This document shows positions 1 to 13,275 of a stretch of DNA of 64,000 bases, one piece after another. The DNA comes from Trichoplax sp. H2. Its lineage: Eukaryota. The first letter of the stretch is position 1, and every line of letters starts with the position of its first letter. The translations under genes were made by a program, and so were the position numbers. Location: the NCBI GenBank assembly GCA_003344405.1, contig NOWV01000015.1, positions 434,001-498,000 on the forward strand, given 5' to 3'. The notes under the pieces are model-generated. The model had not been told where the DNA came from. It saw only the letters and a list, made by a program, of their open reading frames with translations, and did not search any database.

Positions 1-834
1 TAAAGCTTTTCATTTTTCATGGTAATAGCTGTCATAACCATACCCTTACCAAAAAGACGCTAAGATAAATTGTACACTAGCACCGTACCCTTGCAGAAGA
101 TTGACAGGTGAATAACGGTACAGTACGGTACTGTACTTCCTACGATGCTGACGGTACAATACGGCGTACTGTAGATTGCTTACAGTACAGTGTACTGTAG
201 CAAACGCTGCACTGTACACAGACTGTGCGGTTCAGTACTATTGAGTTGATATACCTGAGGCACAGTTGAAAATCTTGTCACACTCCTGTAGTAGTCCGGA
301 GTGATCGCTAATGTACTACTTTCTATGAATTAATTAATTAAAGGTCCGCAGTTGAAGAGCGTAGCAACTACCAACGCCGTCCTAGTTTTTAGCTGGTTTG
401 TTCCTTATTTAGCCACTTTTGATCGACCATCGGAATCGATAACGGCCTCAACGTCTTCGTTAGAGGTAATCAGAGTATAGTGTGATTGATACTATGGTAA
501 GAGAAACATTTCCATGTTGATATCATTTGTTGCAGAATCGATATCATTGTCGAAAATCTCAAGACGTTCAGTCCTGGCTTGGCTACTTCTTTGGATCGAT
601 ATATCATCTATCAATAGCCCCCTGCTGCAACGAGGGCAGTTTTTGTAGAAAGTGGCCATCGTTGACGATTTTTGATCATTGAAATTGCTATCCAATAGAC
701 TGTAGTTGTATCTAACGATACGTTTGAAAAATTTAGCCTTCATTTTCTCTCTCTCTCTCTTCTATTCCTCCTTTGGTGGATGTGCTGTAGTACTACAGTA
801 CTTGAAAGCATTACGATCTACCCCTAAAAAAAAA

Positions 835-3800
835 ATGATTTCTTTTCTTACTTGCCAACTTCAGCGTCAATCTTTGGATGACGTGAAATCGAATCATGTT
901 TTCCAGGTTAGTTGATCGTATCAGTCTGTTATTGCATGCTCTATTTCAAACTTCAATACGGACTAGGTTGATGAAATGCCCTCCATTTCTCTCTCAAAAT
1001 AGTTCATTCGGATTACTTTTTTGCATCACTGTCAATGACTTTCCCCTCTACAGTATACAGTTGTATACGATTCCACTTCACCACGTACTCTACGATGCTG
1101 ACTATGTATATATATATATATATATACAAGCACAACACACACACGTACTAATAGGTTGTACTGTAGACTATATTGCTCTCTCTCTTTCTTTGGACACGGT
1201 AGTATGAGTACATTGTCAACTTGTACGGTAAATCATTTTTTGGGGGGGTATTTATTCTCTTCGACGGTGTTGTAGTTTCATTTTATTCCAATATGTCCTA
1301 AACTTGGACATCATAGCCAGTACAGTGCTACGATCGGCTTTAGATTAACCACTGTCCAACCCTCCTATGCAGTCCATTTTTTTCCCCCTTACTTGATTCT
1401 CTTGTAGCTTCCATCTACGCTAATGTCGTGCTTTTATTTGTTTGTTTCTGTTTGATGCCAAGGCAAATGGGCCACTGTGCTCTGTTTAGCAGTTCGATTC
1501 ATGGGCTACACACTATTGTACTGTACAGTAGACTACGATACAAGTTGTCTGACTGGAGAATAATAATAATAATTGTTATTCATTAATGTTGTAGTCCAAT
1601 CGATCGCTGCGATGTTGTATTGGTAGTGACGTACTATCGACATTCTTCTTCTCCGTTGAAAATGTCCATTTTTCCCATCCAACTTCTTGTACTCTTGAAT
1701 ACTGATTTTAAAACTTGAACAAGGGACAGTGGTGATAGCAAATGTGAGTCATTTCTGACCCAATAGGAGCTGTACAATGTACATGATAACGTAACACCAG
1801 CATCACACATTTGGTGTTGTGTCACCGTTTGGAAAATTCAGGGATTATATCAACTTAATCTCTTGCTTTCGTCCTATAGTAGAAACAAGATTGACACGAT
1901 CAAAGCCAGCTCAATAGTTTTTTCTCTTGATGATTGTCATTGGAGGATCGCTACGCTATCTTAAAACGCTACTGCCGTAAACGCAAAATTGACTTATTAG
2001 TTACCATGATTATGCAGTAGAATTGATAATCGGATGCATCAATATTGTATAATAAACACTGTAGTCCGTAAAGGACATGGAAAAAAATTACTCTAATCAC
2101 GTTTACATTAACTGAACCATTTGTACCACAGTCGTCGACGATCGAATGCAGCCATTACGGTCAAACCTGGATGATTTTTAAATAAATAATATTTTGCTAT
2201 CAGTTATGCATCTGCAACCGCACACGACTGTGCTCGTACCGAAAGAACCATCACTCGTTTTTAGTATAGTCTGTGTATTGATTTTGCACTATTTGCCATT
2301 TATTTTCCTCATGTTGTTTCATAGGACAGTACTGTATATAAGTTGGATACGTCTGCGAAATATCAAAAGCGTACAATATCGATCGAGTCGAGCGCATTAA
2401 AATTGCCGATAATGTCCTACTGTATTGCCGGCCACCTTGAACGAAATGTTCTTATCGACATACATTTGTCATGGTGGTCTAGTTCACCACAGTACAGTAC
2501 ATGAGAAATCGTGTTGGTTGCTAGATGGAATCATAAATACGTAAGAAGTACATTTACACCTTGTAGTGAAGCATGAACAAAGATCACAATATAGTGTTGA
2601 AATACCTCGAGGCTGCACATTGTATAGTCCAGGTCAACTGTACTAATACTGTAGTCCATTTTTTGACAAGCTGTAGATATTACCCTGCCTTAACTATGGG
2701 TGTAAACTAGCAAATAATAGCGCGATAGAACCGAATAACGCTGACAGTAGGAGCAATCCATCAGTCATTTCTCAAGGCATAAACAAGACTACTAAATTGT
2801 TCAATGTTGCCATCTCACCCATATATATGTACGTACAGGAGCAATTGGTTACTTCTGAGGCATGATAATATCGAATAAATAGCAAGCTTAACTTATGAGA
2901 TCATCATTTTGATTGTCACATTACATTTTAGTCAATTAATTGATTACGGCAACATCGATTCTACCAGATCTCGCACACTAACAGTGAAAAGAGATCACAG
3001 CATTTCAATTGAAGCATTTTTTTTTTTCACGCCTATACTACGCTGTAACTACAACACAGTTCAGGGATTTACAGTTGTAGTTATATTATTATTATAATTA
3101 TAATAATTATAATTGAACATTGTAACCTAGAATACGCCAAAACTGTATAATGTAGAGGGACATTGCATTATTGTCTACTACTAAACTAGGCAGAATCTAC
3201 ATATTTGATCGCGTCATCTCCTAGTATAGAGAGGGTATAGAGGACAATGTAATTAAGCTATACAATGTGCCGTCCAGAACGAGAGTGACGTATAACTTCA
3301 CAACGACAGCCGACAGCATATCCAAGATAATGGTAGTAAATAAGGCAAAAATTGAATATTTAATGGCTGAGTATTTTAATGCCACAAGGTGTCTAATTGA
3401 TTATTGATAAGACGTCATCTTACTTACCTTGACCAAGGACTTTGAACCAAATAGTGCTTACAAGTCAATAAATTGATCTCTCCATCATCGTGTGATATGA
3501 TGAAGGATCTGCTTGTCAATGCGGTCTTGGACACATATGTATATTTTGTGGAACGAGGCTGTGAAAGTAAATCAGCAATGAAGCCTTAATCCACTGACTA
3601 TCAGCAACCTTATGATGATACAAGGCTACTTTGTTAGTCGTTACTGAAGTGCGAGAGTGATTTGTGCACAATTGATGCTTGTTGTAGCTCGAAATTTAGA
3701 ACACACAAGCGCGCCGCCGTTAGTGGATGCAAATTGTCGAGCAACATTTTAATGATAGTCGCTAAGAATTTCCAAGCGACTTGATACGCGTAATGCCTGC

Positions 3801-6800
3801 CTTTTTGGAGGGGACTCATCATAGAATGGATGAAAAGAAACTTTTGAGGATTCTTACTTAGACTATCCTTATAAAACGGGTTACGGATCAAATTCGACCT
3901 TTTGTTGCTAGTATTTTTTTGTACCTCTGGTAAATTGACACTGGCCTGTGTCAATGAGTGAAGGTTCATAGCGAACAGTAGACAGTAGTCGATATTAAAT
4001 AAGCAAATTAGGATATGTACATTAGCTAATATAGTACTGTGCTCTGAAATAGTGTCAATAATTCTCACCTTACTAAAACTACGCCGTACTACCAAGGGTT
4101 GTAGTATATTATTCTCGCAGTTATTACAGGCTAGACTAGGGTATAAAATGAAGCGGTGATGCATAATTACAATTTGATATCATGGACAAATCTAATGACC
4201 ATATATTAGTCTACAGCACTGTACCATAAGAACTTGAAGCCCCTTGAGGGTAAATTCACCAATATATATAAATAGGACTATTAGACTAGCGAAACTGAAC
4301 TTTCCGCTGACTTTTGCCCTATTGCTACAACAATCATTCTCCATAACGTAGAATTCTTAATAGTGATTGCTTGTTGCTCTTCACTTCCAACCTATAAACA
4401 CAATGCACTACATTGCCATCGTGTCCTGTTTAAACGTTTATAATGTAGATATGCTGATTTACAGTACAATAGAATAATTTTATTGCCATATTTTTTTATC
4501 TATCAAGTTATCAGCCTATCGTAATGATCGTAATTATAATTAATTTTGGGGGCATCACCCCTTCTTATTGCTTGGCTGTTGTTTTGTTTCATGTGCCTTT
4601 TGTATGGACCGATGATTGCGTTCATTGCGTTGTTTGGCCTTTGTATGCGACAGCATCGCCGATTGGACACCGAAAATGATTGGGACGCAGTAAATAGTCA
4701 ACAACGTATTAAAGGTCAGTAATAATGTTGAATAAAAGTTATAATGCAGCGATGTCTTCATTTTTCATCTTGAAGTAGTTCTTGTCATCCAAATGAATAA
4801 ATAAGCCGTTCCTTATTTAATTTTGTTCTTTAGTACGATCTCTCCATTCATGTTGTATTCGTCACTTTTTATGTTTGCTCTATTTTTATTTTATTTTATT
4901 TAAATACAGTTATACAGTACATACAGTAACATAAGAATTGTGAAGGTACTAAACGTAGACTGTACGGTACTGTCCGCATGTAACGACGCCGTAGTGGTAC
5001 CAATGATATCGAACAGTAATAACAGTCAGTCAGTGCCGATGTGATACGCGGATATCATCGATAGAGACATTACCCTGTTGAATATTTATTCTTAACCCAA
5101 ATGATGTAAAACTGTAGAGTATTTATCCTTCAGTCAATATTGCGAGACTAACAATTTCAAAACGTACCAAAATAAGAACAGAATCAAGAAATGGGCAAAT
5201 AGAAATTGTTTTTGTTCCTCAATGACTATCGACATCAGCACATTCATGGTGTAAAGATTTATGAACTATACGTATAGTAAATCATAATTTGTATAAATCT
5301 TATTATGTGGCATACGGTATATTGTCTGCTAAATGGACTAAAAAGGAATTGACGATAAAAGTAGGATTATCTGATTATACAGTATTGCTAAACGTAGCTA
5401 AGAAAATTGTTTATCTATCGCGTGCACATAAATCATTGACTAACATTCTAAGTACGGCCAAGCTATTGTTCTGCTAGTAGTTGAAACTTATAAACACGCA
5501 GTCAGTTTGCACTAAGTTGAGTAATATATTGGACAGTATTCCGTTAAAATCCGCCAACGAATGACCAATATTGTAGTACGTAATATAAACTGCATCAACA
5601 TACCAGCCGTAGGTTTATGAAAATAAAAATGGTCTACATATTATTATCCATCATACCTACTTTTACAATACAAGAACTATTACTATTTATTGATGATCGC
5701 ACTTGTACTTTATAATTGTAGCTATCAATAATATGTTCTAGTCCAAAATCCGTTCGTAAATCATTGCTGTAGTTGTTACCGCGGCCAATACATTATAAAT
5801 AATTGTACTATGTAGAAATTTTATATACTTATTTACTGTATATGTACCATGTGTATGTACTGTATACATTCGTATGTATGTACTATATATTCAATTAAGG
5901 AAGATAAACTTCTTATTGCTTACCTTCTGTCAGTGTATAAAATGCAAATTTATATTTGATAACGACCCTTAAACATTGTGTTTTTTTATTAAATGAATAC
6001 AATTTTATAACTGCACAAATTCCTACTTCTTTTGTTGAATTTATGAGATTAAGCATGAAATATATTAAAATGATACAAATTATTCAGAATGCATTTTTAC
6101 TTGTTCTAAAATATATTTTTATGCTACCCTATAGTGAATGGTAATGAAGATCAGGTTTCGCCTAATCCTCTCAATGCACTAGGGTCCAATTTTAGCAGTC
6201 CTACCATGCTTGATATAGGAAAAACGATAAGTATCTTACAGTCATTTGATCAGCCAGCTAGTAAACGATTTTGTGGGCCTCAATTATTACAGCAATCAAT
6301 TAATAATAACTACGGTAGCAGTCATGGTAGGCATCGCAATGTTACCGAAAGTATCATATTACGACCTTACGCGTCATCGGTTTGGAAGTCACCGCGCTCA
6401 GCTAATGGATCTTCTTACAAAAGACGCTCAGCTAGAGCCAGTTCTTTGACTTGTAGCGAATACGATTATAACCAGGCAAATCGGTTAAGCCCGCCGCAAT
6501 CACCAATCATAAGGCCAGCTTCAGAATCCCATGCTATGTTTTCCAGTACGGAGTGGAACCATTGCTCTACTAGCTCAAGTAATTCACAAGAAAATGCCAA
6601 TTCCGCAGATGAAGCGAATGACAATCCCTGTAGCCGTAATACCTACTTAAAGAGATTTACCGTTACTCGTTGCAAATCTCAACCGTGTTTTCCAACAGAT
6701 GACAACAACGATAGTAAGAGACACCAATTAAAAAGGCAAAGAAGTGACGAAGGTCTACTAGTACGCCCGGCATTAGACTTTATGAAAATGAAAGAGGTAA

Positions 6801-7477
6801 CCGCGTCAGATTTTCGTTATTTTAGGAAGGTTGATGTCTTGGTCTAGTTGTTACAAGAAATTATCGTTTAATTTAAAATTGAAATACTGAAAATTATATT
6901 TGTATCAATCTATAACTTATACATTACATATGTAGCGATTAACTACAAGTGCAGTTTGTTAGTTTTCGTTTGTGTGATACTTAATTATTACTTTTATCGG
7001 TAATTCCGTAGACGGCATTCTATAACATTGAAGATCGCATAAAAAATTTAAATTTTTCTGGAAATCAGGTAAACGCATCAATTAATTAGTTTGTAGTCGG
7101 ACATACGTTTAAGTTATTGCGGCATGATATTAAGAATGTAACAAAGCCAATAGGGAACAATTCTCAAGTACGATGTATGTTGTGTACGATAGAGCCAGTC
7201 CCGATCAAGGACAGACGAGAATAATTTATTATTTAAGGATGGAAACAAGATGGGCGCAAAGGATGAAGGTAGTTGCCAATACAATACCGCTGAGAAAATT
7301 GGGCGAATGGCAGTGGACCATAAGATAAGCTGCTCAAATGCCCCTCGTGAAAGTGTGTCCTCTTGTCATGAATTCAATGATGGAAATGATGTTACCAATT
7401 TTTATTCTGATGGGATAGATTCGGAAATTGACATAAAGGCTATAGAAAACGACTGCCTTGAGACTAGTGACTATTAA
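835..7477 (+). CDS. FAM53: FAM53 family protein (multi-exon: 835-906, about 6135/6155-6796, 7012-7068, 7238-7477; a small intermediate exon may be unresolved)
   Basis: Exon 1 MISFLTCQLQRQSLDDVK followed by donor GTTAGT resembles the FAM53 N-terminus (MI/VTLITEqLQxQsLDdL). The large exon carries SSVWK, RCKSQPC and KRQR..RPALDFMKM. The last exon has EIDIKAIEN (FAM53 ELDxxxIEN). GT/AG boundaries keep frame. Confidence 0.8.
1107..1126. repeat. (TA)10 microsatellite
   Basis: Read directly, in FAM53 intron 1. Confidence 0.9.
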
Positions 7478-8825
7478 TATTGTCTTAGTAAATGATAATT
7501 ACTGTTTTACTGTCTGTTTATTATAAATCGATTTCAATGTTACCTATGATAAAAGTACCATACGTGAAACTTGGTTATGAAAATACTGTCGTAGGTTTTT
7601 AGTAAATGCATTTCAAGTATACAGTATCTTGGAAAGTATAGTTCTTAACTAAATAATCCAAAAATTGACATCAATATTATTATTATTATTAATATTATTA
7701 TCGATAGTATCTGCACCATTTATATTTGACACTAAATTGAATAACGACCGCTGATGCGGTAACTACAGCATAAAATGATAGCTTTTTAGACAATGTTATA
7801 TATGTCAGTTTTTACTTTAATTTTGCAATTTTATCATATTCGTTACATTATATTAATTAGTTCTTTACATACTGTAAATCGCGTTACTGGCAAATTTTTG
7901 CACTCTACAAATGTAAGATTGATAACTGCAACTACTTGTACATTAACTTTGACATTTGTAGCATTTTTTTTTTCTTAATACATTGTTCATGGAACTTGCA
8001 AATTATACTTACGTAATTTATAGGCCTGAGAATTAAAAGGCATCGGCACTTAGAATTCACTCTGGTGCCCGTAATAACCTTATAGAAAATTTAAGACTAA
8101 AACAAACACTTTTATCCGTAATAATCGTTTTTAATGTTATTAAGCGCGTTATTAATAAGATGAAAAGTTATTAAAGTACTCAAATATGAACAAAAAATTT
8201 GGTCATTTCGTTTGTTAGCTTCTGCTGAAGTCAGACTGGTTTTATCAGATTTAAGCCAAAATTGCGGTATAGTCCCTGAGGCTAATATTGGATGACATAC
8301 AATCTTTCGTTGCTTTGAATGACTGGAATCAATTCATGTAATTCAAATTATATTACTGAAGCATTACGCGTGCGACGTAGGGGAATTTTTAAATTAATTA
8401 GACCATGGACTACTAGGTAATTCTAATAGTCCATAGTTATATACAATCCGTACTTACGATATCGATATTGTTATTGCGTAATGCGGGTAGGTACGTACAG
8501 TAAATAACGCTCAACTATGTAGCTTGTGGGGTTACATATTAAATACAATTATATTTGTTAATTTTTGATCGTTTATACTTTGAATTTAAATAACATCCCT
8601 CAAGCTGAAGATTTATCTTTAACATTTTACCCATCCCCAAAATGCATGATTTAATTTAAAGATAGCTTTAATGTTATGTGATATGGTACAGAAATTATCT
8701 CAACGGTAGGTTATGGGCTTTTACAGTGACATTAGCTATTACTGTTTTTGAAGGGATTTCTGTACTAGTCTACACAAAATTATAAGGGCTATTTATAAAC
8801 GGCACGGCTGGAATAATAATATCGA

Positions 8826-9519
8826 CATTGTAATTAATTAATTCAAGAAGATTATCGATCTATATCAGCATATAATTGATCCAAATTGTATGCTCCTATT
8901 ACTGTTAGACGTTGACTGATCGCTTAGCTGTTGTTCAAAGTTGGAATCATGAGGAACAGTAGAACATTACTAACCCAAGAATCTGTAAACGATTCTTGGA
9001 AAGCATTCTCTATTACATTTGCACTCGCCCTATGATATCTTAATACAGCAAGGCTAATGCTTCACTTCTTAAATTTGATATAAATAACGCACCTGTTTAA
9101 ACAATGATAGCAGTACGGTATTAACTTTTCCGTTAGCACCCGTACAGCGTTTCCCCCCTTAAAAAAAATCCATTGTAATTAATTAATTCAAGAAGATTAT
9201 CGATCTATATCGGCTTATCATTGATCCAAATTGTATGCTCCTATTACTGTTGGACGTTGACTGATCGCTTAACTGTTGTTCAAAGTTGGAATTATAAGGA
9301 ACAGTAGAACATTACCTACCAAAGAATCTGTGAACGATTCTTGGAAAGCATTCTCTATTACATTTGCACTCGCCCTATGATATCTTAATACAGCAAGACT
9401 AATGCTTCATTTCTCAAATTTGGTATAAATAACGCAACTGTTTAAACGATAATAGTAGTATGGTATTAACTTTTCCTTTAGTACCCGTACAGCGTTTCCC
9501 CCCTTTAAAAAAAATCCAT
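8826..9519. repeat. Tandem direct duplication, about 345-bp unit, two copies
   Basis: CATTGTAATTAATTAATTCAAGAAG...CCCCCTTAAAAAAAATC starts at 8826 and again at 9171, with scattered substitutions. Confidence 0.95.
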
Positions 9520-10835
9520 CTATCTATCAACAATAATTCTAATAGGTGATTCCATTTCTTAAAACGAGCAACGCCCCACATACGCGGTACTCGTCAATAC
9601 TGTCAATAAAAGGAGAAATTAAAAGCATACGCGAACAGTGTGCTTACGCGTATAATTATCATTTGCACTACAGTGAGAAGCACAGCGTATTGGAAAGCTA
9701 ATTATTGCTAGAACATCATCATTTTCATCGATGGCGTCTCTTATAATGGAAAAACGTATGTATATAAACTACTGGTAGATTGGCCATACGCATTTGGAGA
9801 GTGTTCATTTTTTCTATTTTTTTCTATGTACATTACACCGTTACGTTGTTGTACATACGACTCAGAACGTACGCGTACACAGCCAGCGCAATGTTTTGTA
9901 ACTTTTTGTGATTCAAGTGCCGTATAAGTAAGTAGTAATCTAGTAGATGTTGTCACTTTTCCTAGATGGGCAAAATTGATAATTTTAAGGCGTTTAGCTC
10001 TTCTGTCAGTCATTTGCTAACTATGTCCAGTTCAACGACTGTACTATAGGTCAATTTTTATAAGTGAAGAAAAATATGCAAAAGATCGGTAGACTTCTAG
10101 TTAAGCAAACTTGAATCGTGCCTGTCCGTTTTTTCATAAAGTTGTAATAATAAGGGATACGAGTATGAGTTTAACTAGTAATGTGTTGTTAAGTTGCGGT
10201 TATTCCAACAAATTTACCAGATGTTTTTACTACTACGTCAGCATCAATTCTACGTGAGCTATCCAAACAGTATCGTCGTGTAGTGTACCGCAGAATTTTT
10301 TTGTGCTAAGTCGCTCATTCCATACCGTCCAAAAATATCAGCGACTACTAAAAGAAATTTAGTATTCCCTCAAGAACATGATGCCAGCTCTTCAGTTTGT
10401 TGTCGCGCTGTACATAAACACATTTTATTCGACTACGGACGTTCGGATAGACTATAGTAGGCATCAAATGATGTTGTACGATATTCTCTTTAACATTTCA
10501 TTTCGACGGACCGCTACCATCGTATCAGATCAGTTGGAAGGAGCGTTTTCTACACCAGTTGTGTAGTACTTGCCCTTGAATTGCTACGCCAGTTTCCATA
10601 CGTCCGATGTCCTGGCACTGAGTTGTGACTTCATTATTGACATGTATAAAGTATTGTTTACTTATTGAATTATTATTGGACATTTAAATTGTCGCGGCAA
10701 ATTTAAATTTAAATGGCCGACCGAAATTTTGGAGAAAAATATTTTCGCGTGGTTGTAGGACTGCTTGCAGCGCTTGACAATAGGCGATCGATGGGTGGGT
10801 GTGGCTGAGCTTTTGTGGGCAGTATTACTGAGCCG

Positions 10836-12662
10836 GTACAGTACTGTACAGTGTACAATGGTACAATCGTACAGTACAATGATAGAGGATACAGTACTTT
10901 GCTGTCTAAGTGTAGACTATACTGTACTGTACGATACAGTACGATTTAGTACCGCAGTTACTACTCGTTGCTACAGTGCACTTGCAGGCCCTTTGTTGCA
11001 CTCATGACAGACTGAGACTGCTCTGATTGCTGACGTCCTTGCGGATTCGGATTTCACGGATATTCGCCATTCGGATAATATGCAGTAGCCGCACTTGTAG
11101 CGTGGTAAAATCAATACAGTAAATGAATCAATCAATCAACGACCAGACTGGCGATGTAAGACAATCCATTGCAGACTGTGCAATGCTATGATCTATCCTA
11201 ATGACAACCATTCTCTTACTACCAGTGATATAGGGGAAGCCAACATTGACTTGAAATCCCAGTACGAGTATCGGTTGAGCATCCATTTTGCATATGGCAT
11301 GGTGTATTGGGCAACAATAGTATACCGTACCTGGAACTAGTGGCTAACGCAGTCAAGCTTGATAGAACTACCACTACAGTTATACGCAACTAGAGTACTC
11401 AACTAGATCAGGTAATCGATGACTGGACAGACGGAAACAGTTCTTCCTCTATAGTCTACTGTACATTTACTGTAGTTCAGTGAGTTGGATGCAATCTGTT
11501 GGGGGCTACAGTACTGTACAACTGTACTGTACACTGTAATAGATAGGAACACTGTACACGGTACAGTACTCAGTGTACTGTAGAGTAGAGTAGTGAATTG
11601 CAGTACTGTACTGTACTGTACTGTACAGTACAGCAACTACATGCTAGAGTACTGTAGCATGTTCCATTCGGGTTTAGTAGTGTGCAGTACAGTATCATTT
11701 CAGTCATCGTGTACAGTGTACAGTGTACAGTACAGTACTGTATACTGTAGTACTCTACTCAACTGTCATGCAACATCGTCCGTATATTGTACAGTGTACA
11801 GTACAGTACTGTTCGATGCAATCTGGTTTGTTACAGTACTTTTCACTGTAATAACCCAGTAATATAGTACTGTACAGTACAGTACAGTAGCGTGCAGTAT
11901 TACAGTATTTCAGTCATAGTGTACTGTACAGTATACAGTACAGTACTGTACTCTACTAAACAGCCATGTAACATGGTGCTGTACAGTGTACAGTGTACAG
12001 TAGTCTCCGGCATCTTGTAATTCTATTTTACTACCTACTGTACTGTACAGTACAGTACTGTACAGTATTAAAGCAGTTTCAGCAATGCTGTAGGTAGTAA
12101 AATAGAATTACAAGATGCCGGAGACTAGTGTACAGTACAGTACAGTACTGCTGGATGCAATCTGTTTGGGCTTACAGTACTGTGCATTGTAATAAAACAG
12201 TCATACTGTACTGTACTGTACTGTACTTCACTCTACCAAACTGTCATGCAACATGGTGCAGGACTGAACTGACCTGCAGTTGCGTACTGTACCATGTTCC
12301 ATTACAGTTTAGTAGAGTACTGTACTACTGTACAGTACTGTACAGTAATGTTATTAATGCAGTAATGCAGTACTGTACACTACTGTACAGTGTACAGTAC
12401 CAACCGTCATACAGTGTACTGCACTGTGGACTGTCATAAAAGAGTCATACTGTACAGTACAGCTTGCTACAGTACTGAACTGAACGAAGACTGTACAGTA
12501 CAGTACTGTAAACGACCACAGTGGAATGTACTGTATGGTTCAGTACTCAACTGCGGCGGTCAGCAATACTGCAGTTTTGCATCATGCTACAGTTGCGCAG
12601 TCGAGCCAACCTCGATGAGAATAGTGTGCTTGGTACTGCAGCGCTGGATTGATACTGTACTC
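10836..12662. repeat. Low-complexity field of mixed-orientation TACAG/TACTG (and TACAGTG) units
   Basis: Dense TACAGTA/TACTGTA/CAGTACTG, strongest at 11450-12510. Backbone motifs recur: GATGCAATCTG near 11488, 11815, 12154 and CTCTAC..AAC.G.CATG.AACAT near 11753, 11951, 12231. Confidence 0.9.
12003..12125. mobile_element. MITE-like element, 36-bp perfect TIRs, flanked by TA
   Basis: TAGTCTCCGGCATCTTGTAATTCTATTTTACTACCTAC (12001-12038) is the exact reverse complement of 12090-12127. The outer TA fits a target-site duplication. Confidence 0.7.
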
Positions 12663-12710
12663 TACTGACATGGAGACGCTGTCCTATACTCAACTTATAC
12701 CTGCTGTTTT

Positions 12711-12721
12711 TGCGCATGCGG
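12711..12721 (+). promoter_or_regulatory. Candidate NRF1 site upstream of ATP5ME
   Basis: TGCGCATGCGG about 50 bp before the ATG. The NRF1 consensus is YGCGCATGCGCR, and NRF1 regulates nuclear OXPHOS genes. Confidence 0.5.
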
Positions 12722-12767
12722 TCGACATCAGATTCATCACTTGCCGATCGTGGTGGCCATATTGGTA

Positions 12768-13275
12768 ATGGAAGTCGCTCCAGTAATTCGAGTAAGTGAA
12801 AATGATTTCCTAGACCGATGTGATCTTTCCACTTTAATATCAAACACATCATTTTCAATCTTTACATTTCTATTTTTACTGTAGTTTTCCCGTTATGCGG
12901 CATTGCTCGTTGGCATAGCTTATGGTGTGAACAGAAACGGTAAATTTTTTTCTATTGTATCCAAGGCTACTACAGTCGCTTTTTTTTGAGTCAATCCAGC
13001 AGTCATCAATGGCTATCAAATCCATCCATTGAGCATCAGTGAAATGGATGGATAGATGTGTAGTGATAAAAGTCCATTATTCAAGTGTGTAGAAATGATA
13101 GAGTCGACAGGAATGAATTGGATATCATGTTAACTAGTGTTATTAATGTCCATCATCAATATGCTACTTAGCCAAATTAACACGATACGAAGAAGAGCAG
13201 AAAAAGGCTGCTGAAATCTTTAAAAAAGCCAAGGAGAAGAAAGCCAATGAAAAGGAGATAACATCCATTTCCTAG
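12768..13275 (+). CDS. ATP5ME: Mitochondrial ATP synthase subunit e (exons 12768-12791, 12885-12939, 13172-13275; 60 aa)
   Basis: The spliced product MEVAPVIR|FSRYAALLVGIAYGVNRN|AKLTRYEEEQKKAAEIFKKAKEKKANEKEITSIS matches subunit e (VSPLIK|LGRYSALFLGVAYG, GxxYG, charged coiled tail). Canonical GT-AG sites are in phase. Confidence 0.9.

Noticed and set aside
3634-4164. 176-aa antisense ORF in FAM53 intron 1
   Set aside because: No recognisable motif or splice context; cannot be supported without a search.
9640-10310. Fragments faintly like a GPCR (LCTLHRYVVVH; SKQYRRVVYRRIFLC)
   Set aside because: Different frames, many stops, no continuous TM pattern. A tBLASTn would be needed.
11041-11078. 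Clustered CGGAT motifs resembling transposon subterminal repeats
   Set aside because: No TIR or TSD found nearby.
10765-12668. Cys/Tyr/Val-rich ORFs
   Set aside because: Translations of the TACAG/TACTG repeat.
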